Shown here one piece after another: positions 12,811-29,061 of a stretch of 64,000 bases of DNA (position 1 is the first letter of the stretch; the number at the start of each line of letters is the position of its first letter). Below the pieces are notes generated by a model that saw only the letters and a list, made by a program, of their open reading frames with translations, was not told the DNA's origin and made no database searches. Both the position numbers and the translations under genes were made by a program. The DNA is from the human T2T-CHM13v2.0 reference genome, Homo sapiens, in assembly GCF_009914755.1 (NCBI RefSeq), contig NC_060931.1; one strand, 5' to 3'.

Positions 12811-13779
12811 ATATCCTACCAGGCATTTGTGTCAGCCTTCTAAAAGTCCCTACCTGTGCCCACTAATGCCTGCCACTTTCACCTCGTCCTCAGGTTCGTC
12901 CTGACTTAGCGTGTTTAATAGCCGCAGCCTCACTGTCGGCCTTGCCTTCAAACCTGAGACCCAGTGGCTCAGGATGGTTGCAAAGCTTCCACAACCACCA
13001 CCGCCCCCCCACCACCCTGCATTCCAAGATTCCTTGAAGACCAACTTTAAGGGCACTCATGACAGGTAAAGTCTACACACCTGACTAACACTGCCCTGAG
13101 CACAGTACTCCCAAATTCATATGCTGTTTGTCCTCCTCTTCCTGTATTTTTGTCTAGTCCAAAGAAATAGGCATTTGCCTTGGTCTCTGCTTTCTTAAGC
13201 CTCTTGTCCTCACCTTAATCCCCTCGGTTCTAGGGCTAGTTCCCATTCCTCTGCCTCAGATGGATCCTCATCTCCATAATCTCCCTCCATGGTCAGGATG
13301 TGTGAAAAGCTCTCATGACCTCTACCCTCCTGACTTGCAAATTAACTCACCTAGAATGAACCTTTATGTTCTGAGGAATGACCAATTTATCCATTAATTT
13401 GGTAAATTTTTGAAACGCTGAGCGTTGGATTCCCAGTTCTCTGTAGCTGTGTCCATTTCTCCAAGCTTCACATCTCTTCCCCTCCCAACTGATCCCATTA
13501 CCCAGGTTCCAGCATGCTACACTCCTGAGTGCACCTGAGTTAAATATGTTTAATGTAATTGTGAAAGCCAGCAGTAAAACTAAACAATTATTTCCAGGAC
13601 TGTAAATTCAATGTCTATTAAAGTTTTCAGGTACATGCCTCCCCATCACCATTCGCCAACTGCCACCACCCATAGACATGCAGACACACACCATACAACG
13701 TTTACACTGATGTAACACTTCAAAAATAATTTCCCATGTATTGTCATGTTTGACGAACACAGTGAATAGATTATTACAC

Positions 13780-14232
13780 TAATGATTCCATATAAATGAA
13801 GCCTCTACCCTCAGCATTGTTCCTTCTTTCATTTACCCTGGGCTCAGCCATGTGACTTACTTTGACTAACAAGATATCAGCCAATATGACACAAGGAGAG
13901 GATAGGTAAACACTTGCACACTGGGATTTGCCTTCTTGAAATCATTGTCATTGTCATGTAAGAAACCTGGTCTCCACTGCAAAAGCAGCCACATAGAGAA
14001 CTGAGGTATTCTGCTGACAGTCCCAGTTGACTGCCATATGAGAGTAAGGCCAGCTTGGATCATCCAATTCCAGTCAAACCTCCAGATCACTGTGTCTATA
14101 TGAGGGGCCCCAGGAAAGATCAACAAAAGAACTACCCAGCTGAACCCAGTCCAAATGTTGGCAAATAAATTATTCTGTTTTAAGCCACCAAGTTTTGAGA
14201 TGGTTTATTACTTAGCACCAGATAACTGATAG
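13780..14232 (+). mobile_element. MLT1G/H-like MaLR LTR
   Basis: gggctcagccatgtgacttactttg...gaactacccagctgaacccagtcc...ttttaagccaccaagttttg...gataactgata. Confidence 0.8.
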
Positions 14233-14249
14233 ACAAAATGATTCTGAGA

Positions 14250-14395
14250 AATAGTATTATTATTCCTATTGGTGAATTAGAAATGTGAAGTTCAGATAGA
14301 TTAGGAAATTTATCCAAGGTTCTAGAGCTAGAAAGCAGCAAAAAGAGGCCCAGAACTTCAGTCTGTCCCCAAGTTCAGCACTTCTGCACTACACT
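14250..14395 (-). mobile_element. MIR fragment
   Basis: attattattcctatt...gaaatgtgaagttcagatagattaggaaatttatccaagg. Confidence 0.55.
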
Positions 14396-15589
14396 AGGCT
14401 GCATTTTAAATACACAACCTCCACTCAACTAGTAAAAGGTCACTGATAATCCTAGTCCTCCCAGATCCTATTTGCTGACCTAGTTACCAACCTCCAGCAC
14501 TGCCTTATTGAGAAAGAGTCTCCTCCCAGCTCCTTCCTGGCCTGCTAGTGAGTTCGCCTTGTTACTTTCTTTCTGCAAAAACTAAAGCCAGGAATCATTT
14601 TCAGTGAATCAATTGAATACAGCTAGTAGAAACATAAAAAGGTAAGACCTATTTTATATGAAAAATGAATATTCTGGTTTGCATCTTGATTTAGAGCATC
14701 ATAATGAGAAAAATGGAAACAAACTTACATGGTCTGGAGGAAAACAGTAAGAATTATCAAAGGATTAAGAAAAGTTAATCATTAGTCAAAAACAGATTTT
14801 AGAATTAAAGTTCTTATTCATAGAAAGCATTATGGTTTATGTTAATTCCTGAGGAATGAAATTGATTCAAATGACAAAACTGTGAACACATGCTAGAAAA
14901 CTGGATAAAAAATTTAAATGGAAATCTCGGATTAAAACAGAAGGAATAAGGCTCTGCCAAATGTACAATGAAAAATCTCATCTTTTAAGATGTTTGTATA
15001 GGAATTATCAAAAGAGAAAGAAGATGCGAACAGGTTATCCTTTATTTCTTCCCCCAATTTTTTAATCACATCATCGTAACCATTGGGATAATTCACAGAT
15101 TTTATTCTAGGTGAAGCAAATGACTTGTAAAAGCCCTTGCTTCTCAGCTAGAGGTGTGTTTACTTTGCTATGAACAAAAAGCAACTTAACCAGTCTTGCA
15201 AGTTTTTGATTTGAGAGCTCAAAACAATTTTAAAACTAAAATCTTCATATCTAAATGTTATTTTGCAGGTGGCAATTAAACAGTAAGAAAGCATCTGGCA
15301 TAAATTAAGTGAACAGATCACCAAATCATTTGGAAAACAAGTAAGTCTTAGTGCAATGATCTAAAGTCATTATGAAAACTGACTTGTCCACAGAGTTTGA
15401 ATGACAGAATAGATAAAACACGTGAAGTCATACACAGCTTTCTCTGAACAAATTAATTAGCTTTCCTGCAGCCCTCCGTCCATGCCATAGAGAGCAATCA
15501 CACAAGTGAATCAAGCAGCCACGCACAGCCTTGCTCAGTGTTCGTTTCAGGAGAACTTGTGTGCGCACGTAATTTCACTCTAGGAAAGA

Positions 15590-15775
15590 AAACAGCATGG
15601 GATAGTGGGAGGATGCTGCAGCCTTTAACCCATCACTTAACCTCTGTGTGGCTCACTGTTCTCATCTCTACAAGGTGGGTAGAAAAACCCGTGCTTCCTA
15701 CTTCACAGAGGTGTAAGCACAAAAGATGTAAACAGACTTTGAAAAAGTTAAAAGAGCTGTGCAAATACAAGGTGC
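15590..15775 (+). mobile_element. MIR3/MIR
   Basis: tcacttaacctctgtgtggctcactgttctcatctctacaa...cctacttcacagagg...ctttgaaaaag. Confidence 0.65.
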
Positions 15776-16344
15776 TTTATACTTGAAGAAGATATAAAAA
15801 GGCAGAATCTGTGATGTAGCAGCAGCAATTCTACCACCCAGCCACAAGGCTGCTGGTGATGTCTCACATGAAAGCAAAGGCATTTTAAAACACAAAGACT
15901 TAACAGAGAGCAGAAATGAAAAGACATGCTGTTTGCAAAAATGGTTGTGTTTAGCCTGGGGTTTTCACATAAGAAAATAATATTTTGAGAAATTGTCATG
16001 TTAAATTTAAGCTGCTCTTGGGTGACTTCAAACTATGAAATTTGCATGTAGCCCATGAGTAACTCTGTCCTAGAAGAATTCCTTGAATTCTCTTTCATGA
16101 CAATAAACTTGCAAAATTTAACTTAGCTCCATTTACAAAGACTTAGGCACAAGGTTAACAATAATGAATCAACTATTTTTTTCATCTACTTTCTGAATAA
16201 TGATTCTCTTTCTTCTGCATAGTACAAGGCTTCTAAATCCTGTCTACATATAAGCCACACATTTTTCCCCAAATAATTGTATCTCCATACATAATTTCGC
16301 CTGCACTAACACTGAAAAAAGGAGTGCTCCATATTCAAGCCAGT

Positions 16345-17350
16345 GTATTTCATTCAATTCAACAGATGGGGCTGGGCACAGTGACTCACACTTATAATCC
16401 CAACAGTTTAGGAGGCCGAGGAAAGAGGATCACTTGAAGCCAAGAGTTCAAGATCAGCCTGGACAACATAGCAAGACCCTCATATCTACAGAAAAAAAAA
16501 TTTAAGTAGCTGGGCACCTGTAGTATGCACCTGTAGTCCAGCTGCCTGGGAGGCTGAGGTGGGAAGATCGCTTGAGCCCAAGAGTTTGAGCCCAGGAGCC
16601 CAGGTGCCTGTAGATGCACGTGTAGTCCAGCTGCCTGGGAGGCTGGGGTGGGAGGATTGCTTGAGCCCAGGAGTTTGAGGCCGCAGGGAGTTATGATTAT
16701 GCCACTGCATTCCAGCCTAGGTGAGAGAGCGAAACCCTGTTTCTGCAAAATAAATAAATATATGGGTTTAAAAATTATATCTGGTGCTTTTCTTGTTCCT
16801 ACAGCACATATATTTGGCACTGGTTTTGGCATTTGGAGGGAACACGCTTAGGAGTAAGAGTCTGCAACCAAGAAGCTTACATTCTAAGAGAGAAAATAAG
16901 AAAATAAAGGTAAATAACAACGGAAGGCAGAATAGAAAGATTGTAAGGGTGGTTCAAAAGGCTCTGAGTGGCAAAAAAAGAGATCACATCTTGTTGGTGT
17001 GAGGTTTCAAAAGGATGCTTTCTAGATAAACTTTGAAGAGGAAATAAAGATGGCAAAGAAAAGATACATTGCTTGCCAAAACTATGTTATTTCAGAAAAT
17101 AATCAAGGCATTGGTGGGAGAAGGAGGAAGAGCAACTCAAGTCAAGGGAACAGCAGATGCAAAGGCTTTGAAGTAGCCAAGCAAAGAACATAGACAGGAT
17201 CCTCTGGCTGGAGTTCAGGGCACCAGTGTTTTACAGGGGAGTGGTGGAAACATAAAGCAAAATAAGCTCTTATTTTGAAGATCTTTGATTGCCAGGCCAA
17301 GGATGTTAGAGGATCTTTGAAGACTGGAAGGCAGGAAAATAAAATATGCC
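16345..17350 (-). mobile_element. L2 3' region split by an AluJ
   Basis: ttcattcaattcaaca terminus; gggaacagcagatgcaaaggctttgaag; ttgattgccaggccaagga. Confidence 0.6.
16369..16760 (+). mobile_element. AluJ with an internal right-arm duplication
   Basis: AluJ diagnostics (gaggtgggaggattgcttgagcccagg); duplicated segment of about 80 bp. Confidence 0.9.
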
Positions 17351-17454
17351 ACCCCTACAAAATCCCAGCTCTTTCTATTACAAAAATCATTAACACAGAC
17401 AATGAATTAAATGACACAAACAAATGTTTATGTTTTCATTAAAATCCTTGTTGG

Positions 17455-17693
<239 letters not shown>

Positions 17694-17702
17694 ACTGATT
17701 GG

Positions 17703-17996
17703 GGCTGGGTGCAGTGGCTCATGCCTGTAATCCCAGCACTTTGGGAGGCCGAGGAGGGTGGATCATGTGGTCAGGAGTTCAGGACCAGCCTGGCCAAGAT
17801 GCTGAAACCCCATCTCTACTAAAAATACAAAAATTAGCCAGGCATGCTGGTGGGTGCCTGGAATCCCAGATACTTGGGAGGCTGAGGCAGAGAATTACTT
17901 GAACCTGGGAGGCGGAGGTTGCAGTGAGCCAAGATCACTCCACTGCTCTCCAGCCTGGGTGACAGAGTGAGACTCCATCCCAAAAAAAAAAAAAAT
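17703..17996 (+). mobile_element. AluSg inserted at the AluJ tail
   Basis: ggccaagatg diagnostic; TSD aaaaatact(g/a)attgg. Confidence 0.9.
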
Positions 17997-18848
17997 ACTA
18001 ATTGGGTACTGCTTTGCTCTTTTTCTTACATATTTACAATATTTGTGTTTGCTATAGTTATTATTAATCCTACAGCTATTACTAACCCTAGCCCTAACCC
18101 CATCAAAAGCATTATCAGACATTTCACATTCTGGTTGTCAATTGCTAACTAATTATTAGTAAAGTTTTCCCCAATATAATTTCAAATTGGTATCTGGACT
18201 TCTATTTCCATCAGTATGATGAATAAAGTACCTGCTTGGTCCTCCTGCGGAAAACAAATCAAAATACTGGGTAAAACACAATAAAAAGATTTTAATACAT
18301 TAATTACATGGCTAATTAGTAAAGGGAACTTGATGAAAGTAGACCCGAAGAGGTAATGAGAGAAATAAAGCCATCTTGTGCCTTATGGACCATTTTTCAA
18401 ACTGAATGTGCTTCACCTTTGTGCTTTCCAGCTCTATAAAGCCATAGAATAGAGAAAATAAAGCCCAAGATTCACTCAAGGTCCCCCTTTATAAAACTAA
18501 GACTGCAAAGGGCCACACCTCCATCATAAAAGTGAAGTAGGAAAACATTCTGCCACCCAACACACCAAAAGCAAGATTGCCTAATTAGAAATTTAGCAGT
18601 GGAAAGAGAGGGACTCGTCCCTAAAACTACTAACCATAAGTCAGTCTTCATGCAGTTTTGCATGCCAAATTCACACTTCTTGGCCAAGAAATCTCAAGCC
18701 AAGAAGTCAGTTAAAGTTGTCCTGGGCTGGTAGTTTTCCGGGTTCCTGGCAGAAACAAATTCAATCCTCTTTGGAGTATTAGTTTTATCACAGTCTGAAA
18801 GAATTCATGCAAAAAAAGTTCACAAAAATATGAGGCCACAGTAAACAC

Positions 18849-19197
18849 TGTATTTGTTCTCATGTTGCTAATAAAGACATGCCCGATACTGGGTAATTTA
18901 TAAAGAAAAGAGGCTTAATGGACTCATAGTTCCATATTGCTGGGGAAGCCTCACAATCATGGCAGAAGAGCAAGGATGTCTACATGTCAGCAGGCAAGAT
19001 GAGAGCATGCGCAGGGGAACTCCTCTTTATAAAACCATCAGATCTCATGAGACTTATTCACTATCACGATAACAGCATGGCAAAGACTGACTCCCATGAT
19101 TTAACTACCTCCCCTCAGGTCCCTTCCACAACACCTGGGAATTGTGAGAGCTACAATTCAAGATTAGATTTGGGTGGGGACACAGCCAAACCATATC

Positions 19198-19198
<1 letters not shown>
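18849..19198 (-). mobile_element. THE1 (B/C-like) solo LTR
   Basis: Antisense THE1 ending ggggacacagccaaaccatatca. Confidence 0.92.
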
Positions 19199-19236
<38 letters not shown>

Positions 19237-19261
19237 GGAGGGAGAGAGAGAGAGAGAGAGA
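19199..19261. repeat. Compound (CA)n(GA)n microsatellite
   Basis: Read directly. Confidence 0.95.
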
Positions 19262-20892
19262 CAACAGTATGAAGAGCAAAAGCCAATAGAACAGACCTTT
19301 TTAAAAATGTCTAAAAGGCTTTATGTCTAAATAAATTTAAAAGTGATTTAAAATATAAGGAAAGGGAAAGACACCATAGAAATGAAGCAGATTTTAAAAA
19401 AACAAATATAATTCTAAAAATTTAAAAATCCAATAAAGAAAGCTTAAAATTCAATAGACAGATTAGAAAAAGCTGACATGTGAAATCGAAAGATAGATCC
19501 AAATAAATCGTCCAGAATGCAGCATAGAATGATCACGATAGAAATTATAAAACAGAGATCGAAAGACATGTCAAACCAGAGCTCCAAAAGGACAAGAGAG
19601 AAAAAGGATACATGAAATAATATTTGGATTAATGGTTACTGAAAATTTTTCAGAAATAATAGAACACTTCTCCACAGATTGAAGAAGCCCAGTGAATTCC
19701 AAGCTTAATAATAAAAACAAACTCATGGCTAAACACATCATAGGGAATCTGTAAATAACAAAGACAAAAGAAATAACTGAAAAACAGCCAGAGAGAAAAG
19801 ATAACTAAACTTTAGCTGAAGGACAAAGACAGACACAATGAAAGCCAGAAGAATGCAGAGCAATATGTTCAAAGAGCTGAGGAAAAAAAAAAATTTTAAA
19901 ATTATTTTAAACATCTTTCAAAAAGTGGGACAAAGAAAGATATATTTTTAAAAAATATCCTAATTCACTGCTATAAATACTCAGTAAGAGAAATTCTAAA
20001 GAATGTATTTTATGCAGAAGGAAATTGATCCCAGATGAAAGATCTAAGATGCAAAAAGAAATGATCAATAAAGAAAACAGTAAGTATATAGATAAAACTA
20101 AATAAACATTGAGATAAATATATAGCTAAAATAAATATAGAGATAAAATAATATTATTATCCGGTAGGATTAAAATAAAAATAAAATAAACCTACAATGC
20201 ATGACAAAAATAATACATTTCAGGAATGGAATAATTAGAGTTCACACATTTTAATATAATTGTATTGCTAGAGAAGAGGGTGACAATATGATTGACTTTA
20301 GCACTTGAGAAGCCAAATATGTATGCTAAAATGTCTAGCATAACAATTAAAAGAATAGAAACAAAGTATATAGCTTCTAAATTAGTAAAAGAGGAAAATA
20401 GAATGAGAAAAACAAATACTCTATCCGAGAGAATCCAAGGAAAAAAATGAAAAAGAAACAGAAAAGGTAGGACAAATAAAAAGCCCATGATAAGATGGTA
20501 GAAATAAATCCAAACATATTAATAACTACAAAAATAAATGTAAATGGATGAGATAGATATCTAAGTGGAAGAAATATATTTTTCAACTGTATTTTTAAAA
20601 AAATGGATTATCTACAAGATATCCACAAAAGAGTATATAAAAAAGAAATGGCATGTACTCTTCATAAATATTAAGAACATGAAAGAAAGACTGAGCAAAT
20701 GTTCCTGGTCAAAGAGACGGAAGAAATATGACAAGTAAATGTAATACCAAGTCCTAAATTGGATCCTAAATCAGAAAAATATTTTTCCTTTGAAATATAG
20801 GCTACTAGAGAGCCAATGGTGATATTTAGATAAAGTCTGAATATTAGGTAATAGTACTAGATCAGTGTTTACTTCCTGATAGTGCCTTACCA

Positions 20893-21147
20893 TGCCATGA
20901 GAAGCACGTGCCCTTTCTAGTCTCCTGATCCAAGAAGGGTTAGGGACATGCAGAGTACAGTTGCCCCAGTACAGCCACGTGTATGCAGTGAGAGTCTGAG
21001 GTGCTCCTGCTGCCACAGCCTGAAACAAAGCCACCCAGCGTAGATCAGCCAGCACCTAGATGACTCAAGATTCCTGGGAATAAATATGGATATACATGAC
21101 ATTGAGATTCGGGGTTGTCTATTTTGCCACAATAAGTAACTGATACA
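20893..21147 (+). mobile_element. MLT1I/J-like LTR 3' part
   Basis: gccatgagaagcacgtgccc...aataaat...ttgagattcggggttg...taactgataca. Confidence 0.65.
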
Positions 21148-21207
21148 ATGACAAAGTTAGATTATTCCATGAAGAAAATTTATTTTAACCTTAGAAAAAT
21201 CAATTGG

Positions 21208-21330
21208 TCTAGTTGCGGTGGCTCAGGCCTGTAATCCTAGCACTTTGGGAGGCGGAGGCGGGCGGATTGCCTGAGCTCAGGAGTTCAAGACTGGCCTGGG
21301 CAACATGGCAAAACCCTGTCTCTACTAAAA

Positions 21331-21405
<75 letters not shown>

Positions 21406-21572
21406 TACATACATATATGAAAAATTAACCAGGCATGGTGGCATACACCTGTAGTCCCAGCTACTCAGGAGGCTGAAGCACATGAATTACTTGAACCTGG
21501 AGGTTGCAGTGAGCCAAGATCGGACCACTGCACTCCAGCCTGGGTGACACAGCGAGACTCCATCAAAAAAAA
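21208..21572 (+). mobile_element. AluS with (TA)n(CA)n in the linker
   Basis: Dimer; TSD aaaaatc(a/t)attggt. Confidence 0.92.
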
Positions 21573-21753
21573 AATCTATTGGTATAATTTACTATATGAT
21601 TAGAGTAAAAGAAGCAATGTGAACATCTCAGTAGGTACTGAAAAATATCATTTGACAACATTTAACATTCATTTGTGATGGTTAAAAAAATTATGACTAG
21701 GAGAGCTTGCTCCAACAGATGTGTACCTATTATGAAACTATAGCAAGTCAGAT

Positions 21754-22117
21754 TGGTATGGTTTGGCTGTGTTCCCATACAGCCAAATTTCATCTTGAAT
21801 TGTAGCTCCCATAATTCCCAGGTGTTGTGGGAGGGACCTGGTGGGAGATAATTGAATCATGGGGGCGGTTTTCCCCATACTGTTCTGGTGGTAGTGAATA
21901 AGTCTCACAAGATCTGATGGTTTTATAAGAGGAAACCCCTTTCTGTTGGTTCTCATTCTCTCTTGTCTGCCACCACGTAAGATGTGCCTTTTGCCGTCCG
22001 TCATGAGTGTAAGGCCTCCCCAGCCACATGCAACTGTGAGTCCATTAAACCTTTTTCTTTATAAATGATCCAGTCTCAGGTACGTCTTTATCAGCAGTGT
22101 GAAAATGGACTAATACA
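21754..22117 (+). mobile_element. THE1 (B/C-like) solo LTR
   Basis: tggtatggtttggctgtg...gaaaatggactaataca; TSD cagat/aagat. Confidence 0.93.
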
Positions 22118-24221
22118 AAGATGATGTAGTATTTGCACAGAAATAGCCAAATACAAAAAATGAGAGAGTCCATAAAAGGATACACTAATATATAGACAAT
22201 TTATAATGAAGTGAGGTAGTATGGCAGTTTAATTAGGAAAAGACAAGTAGGTCTTCAAAAAATGGGACAGTAAGTTATTCAAATGAAAAATATTAAATTG
22301 CACCTCTATATCACATGATATATAAGAATCAATTCCAGATGGATTAAAGATCTAAATATGGTAAGGAAAAACCCCATAACATCATACAAATAACAAAAGA
22401 GAATATATTTATGACCTCAGGATAAAGAAGTATTCCTTAAACAAGACATAAAAAGCAGAAACTGTAACAACAGAGACTAATAAATTATGCTACATTAAAT
22501 AAGAACTTCTGTTCATGAAAGACACCATAAGAAAATGAAAGCAGCCACAGAGCAGGAAAAGATACTTGCATCATACGTAACCAGTGAAGGACTAGTATTC
22601 AGAATATACAAAGCACTATAGTTGACAGGAAGAATAATGAAATTAAGAAAAATTCCAACTAGCAATATGGAGAATAATAGCTTTCGATTTTATTAGAACT
22701 GTGGAATCGCTGAACTCAGTGCTCTTTAGAGATCATCATGCTGACTACCCAATCTCTTTATTTCACAGCCGAGCATGCCAAGAACCAAGGAGCCCAGGGC
22801 AGGCTGCACGGCATGCCCTGTGCCCCACCCACACTGCTTCCTCTTCTGAATCTCTGCACCCCTAAGTCTGGTTCAGTTTTGAGCTTCAGGCGTGGTCTCA
22901 TCCCTTTGGCACTTCTTTTCTCCAACCAAAAGTTCTCAGCTTCAAAAAAAAAAAAAGATGAGCATGTTCAACGACAAGAAAGTCTGTTTGATGGTAATCT
23001 ATAAATTTGCCACATAAAGCATAAACCATACCACAAAAAGCTTAAAGGAATACCCACTGAATTCCAGCTGCTGAAGGTTGTCCTGCCCTTTCCTTATGGT
23101 CTCCAAACACAAGCTTGTTTTATGTCACATTATTTTCTCCCCTCTTTATGGGCCAGATTCAATTTGTCACTACTTGGATATTGAACACTTTTTGCAAATT
23201 AAAGAGAAAGTCACCTCAGGCAACTTTCAAATAGAGGCTTATTGGGGACTTGATGATACTGCAAATCATTAAAGAACTTAGGTTCTGTACCTCTGCCCTC
23301 ACTGATCAAATAGAGGCCACTCCTTTGAAGCCAGCAAGGACCCATGGGATTGACCTAATGCTTTTTGCCTTCAGCTTCTGAAGCTTATCACATTACTAAT
23401 GTTTGAGTCTCTAATCCAGCTGGCTAGTTTAATCATCTTGAAGTAAAACAATACTATTAACATTGTTAGAAATGATTTATCCTTCTCTGTGCTGTTACCC
23501 TCTTCTTGATTCATTCATTTTATTTATAATTTTGCAATTACAAGTTTTCTTCTCAGAATCCTTCTCTTTCTCATTGTTAAAAGTAAAGACTATATCATCC
23601 TCTTTCTTTTACGATAATCTGTTGCTATAGAAATAGAGTTTCCAAACAGGGATTAATGATCCAGGGATAATAAAGAAAGAAAAAAGGTATTCTCTAAGAG
23701 AAAATTTGTTTCCAAATATAATCCCTTTTAGTTAAGCTGTCATATAAAATTATACAATTACTGGTTGAGCACAGTGCAACTAGAAAAGTGCTAGGTCCTA
23801 ATCAAAACAGAGAAGATAAAGACCAAGAAATTGTATTTTAGCTAAGGAAATAAGACACATGACACAATGTACAAGCAGTACATTACTGTTCATATGTAAT
23901 TTGGGTGTAAAAATTTGTGTTTGAGATCATAAAAGCAGTAAAAAAATCAAAGTATACAAACAAAAACAGATGGGCTTGATATGAGCAACCACTGGAATAA
24001 GATTTAAAGCCAAAATCAGGAATTTTAATTTCATAACTAGAAGTTAGGATTGGAGATAAAGTGTAATATGATCAGCATGCTGCCCAAGGAAGATGACTTT
24101 ATTTGTTCATTTGGTGAACATTTTCTGAAGGCACAGTAGGCTTTGCGTCCTGGGCTAAGCATGAGGGCCTGGGACAATAGAAATTGTCAATGAAATAATA
24201 GAATTGACAATGAAATAATGT

Positions 24222-24643
24222 TGTCTTGAGTCATCTTCCCTAGAAGCAGAGCCTGAGACAGGAATTTGGATATACATGGCTATGAAGGCAGTGCTCTGAG
24301 AGAGGGAATAAGGAAAATGGAATAGGGCAGGGGAAGTAACTAAGTGGTATCCACAGGTGTCTAGCTTCAGTCTATCCCACAGAGAACCCTAGAGCACGAA
24401 CATTCGCTCAGGTAGTTCCCATGTTGAAGCAAAGGGAAAAGCCTTTTGTACTCTTCTATCAGCCAGCAATTGGCTGGAGCCTGCCACTAGGGGAAATAGG
24501 TGAGTAATTCACCAAATGAGTCAGCTCTCACTGAGTAAAGAGCGATTCTTTAGAGGGGCAAGAGTGAGCCAATGCTCACAACAGTTGAAGGATGAATGAC
24601 CTAGGGTGGTAAAGGGGATCTGAGTGAGGCACCAGCAGTGTAT
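24222..24643 (-). mobile_element. Old MaLR LTR (MLT1K/L-like)
   Basis: tgtcttgagtcatcttccctagaagcagagcctgagacagga...gaggcaccagcagtg. Confidence 0.65.
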
Positions 24644-25012
24644 AAAATGTCTTCAAATTATTAAGATAGGTTACTTTGAACTTAGAATCCTATACCTAGC
24701 CCTCAAGCCCATCTCTGAAAGAACTACTGGAGGGCACTACTATGGCAACAAGATACAGGTATTCGAGAAAGAGGACTGTATGGCATAAAAGAAAAAATGA
24801 TGAAAAAGAAATGTGAAAAATTTCTAGTGAAGTCCAATAATTGATAATGCAGAATGCAAGAAAAAATGGGGAACTAAAATCCCAGATGATTACAATATGG
24901 CAGATGGTGATGAAGGATGGGAAAGAGAAAAATCGAAGTGTCCTAACATTAGTAGCAGTGTATCTGGTGAGAAAGCAATAAATAACAGATTAATTCTGGA
25001 CCAATATGTTGT

Positions 25013-25632
25013 GATGCTGTCCAATATAGTTGTTATGGAATGAACTGTGTCCCCACAAAATTCCTCTGTTGAAGTCCTAACTCTCTACATCTCAGAATGT
25101 GACCAATTTGGAGATAGGACCTTTAAAGAGCTGATTATGTTAAAACGAGGCCCTTAGGATAAACCCTGATCTAATCTGACTGATGTCCTTAGAAGAAGAG
25201 ATTAAGACTCACAAGGAGATACCAGGGATGCAAGCACACAGAGGAAAGATCATGTGAGGACGCAGTGAGAAGGAGGCATCTGCAAGGCAGGGAGAGAGGC
25301 TTCAGAAGAAACCAGACCTGCCGACACCTTGATCTTGGACTTCCAGTCTCCAGAACTGTAAGAAAATGAATTTCTGTTGTTTAAGCCCCCCAGTCTATAG
25401 TATTTTGTTATGGTAGCCCAAGAAAATTAATACAATAGTAGTCAGTGGATACATTTGGCTATTTAATTTACATTAATTAAAATTAAATAAAAGTGAAACT
25501 TCAGTTTCTCCCTCATATTAGCCACACATCAAGTACTCAATAGCCACATGTAGCTAATGGTTACTGTACAAGACAGTGTCAGAGATATAGAACATTTTCA
25601 TCATTGCAGAAATTTATATTGGACAATGTTGC
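25013..25632 (-). mobile_element. MER3 split by MLT1B
   Basis: gctgtccaatatagt ... tagccacatgtagcta...tagaacattttcatcattgcagaaa...attggacaatg. Confidence 0.8.
25031..25434 (+). mobile_element. MLT1B solo LTR
   Basis: tgttatgg...aattaataca; perfect 5-bp TSD atagt. Confidence 0.92.
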
Positions 25633-25714
25633 TCCTCTAAAGGCAGGGTGAAAGCAATTTTTGTTTAAATATATGGGATAAAAATTTTAAAGATAATGAT
25701 TAAGAAAATAGAGA

Positions 25715-25975
25715 TACCTATAATCCTAGCACTTTGGGGGGCTGAGGTGGGTGAACTGCTTGAGCCCAGGAGTTTGAGATCAGCCTGGGAAACATGGTGA
25801 AACCCCATCTCTACAAAAAATACAAAAAATTAGCTGGGCATGGTAGCATACACCTGTAGTCCCAGCTACTCAGGAAGCTGAGGTGGGAATATCACTTGAG
25901 CCCAGGAGGTCAGGCTGCAATGAGCCAGGATCACACCACCGCATTCCAGCCTGGGTGACAGAGTGCAACCCAGAA
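25715..25975 (+). mobile_element. AluJb-like element with a purine-rich tail
   Basis: gaggtgggaatatcacttgagcccaggaggtcaggctgc. Confidence 0.88.
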
Positions 25976-26368
25976 AGAGAGAAAGGAAGACAGGAGGGAG
26001 GGAGGGAGGGAAAATATATCATAAACCAAATAAGGCTTATTGCAGGAATGCAAAGATGATTCAACATTAAGAAATCTCATTAACAAAGGGGAAAATATCA
26101 GGATTTCCCCATTTTAATAATAATTAATATTCAAAATGCATTGTGAATATAGCAATCTTTTGAACTAAAAATCACATTCTACATTTTAAAAAACTTTTTA
26201 TGAGGTAGGAATGGAAAGAAAATTTTGTTTCTGGATAGAAGCTAAATAACTATCAGAAACACATAAATCATTTTGGATGGTGAAATATTAGAGGCATTCT
26301 AATTGAACAGGACAAAGAAAATGTATCAAATAAGAGTTCTTGGGTTGCAAGCAACAGAAATCAATTCT

Positions 26369-29061
<2,693 letters not shown>

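Larger units (their letters stand above)
18195..22620 (+). mobile_element. Highly degraded old L1M (5'/ORF1/ORF2 remnants), fragmented by LTRs and an Alu
   Basis: A-rich ORF1-like motifs (gaaaaacagccagagagaaaag; gcagaaggaaattgatcccagatg) and ORF2-like motifs (aattccagatggattaaagatctaaat). Confidence 0.6.

Noticed and set aside
15270-15340. Plus-strand exon-like segment (ttttgcag...gtaagt); similar isolated splice motifs at 14603-14641, 44438-44501 (minus) and 55261
   Set aside because: Isolated motifs are expected by chance in 64 kb; no consistent reading frame or recognisable product.
18083-18101. Telomere-like taaccctagccctaacccc
   Set aside because: Only about three degenerate units; too short to call an interstitial telomeric insertion.
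18849-22117. Two THE1 LTRs as one provirus
   Set aside because: Opposite orientations, separate flanks and no THE1 internal sequence between them.
24176-24220. Short tandem duplication (aatagaa(a)ttg.caatgaaat x2); similar one at 38498-38544
   Set aside because: Ordinary two-copy slippage duplications; not an array and not CRISPR-like.
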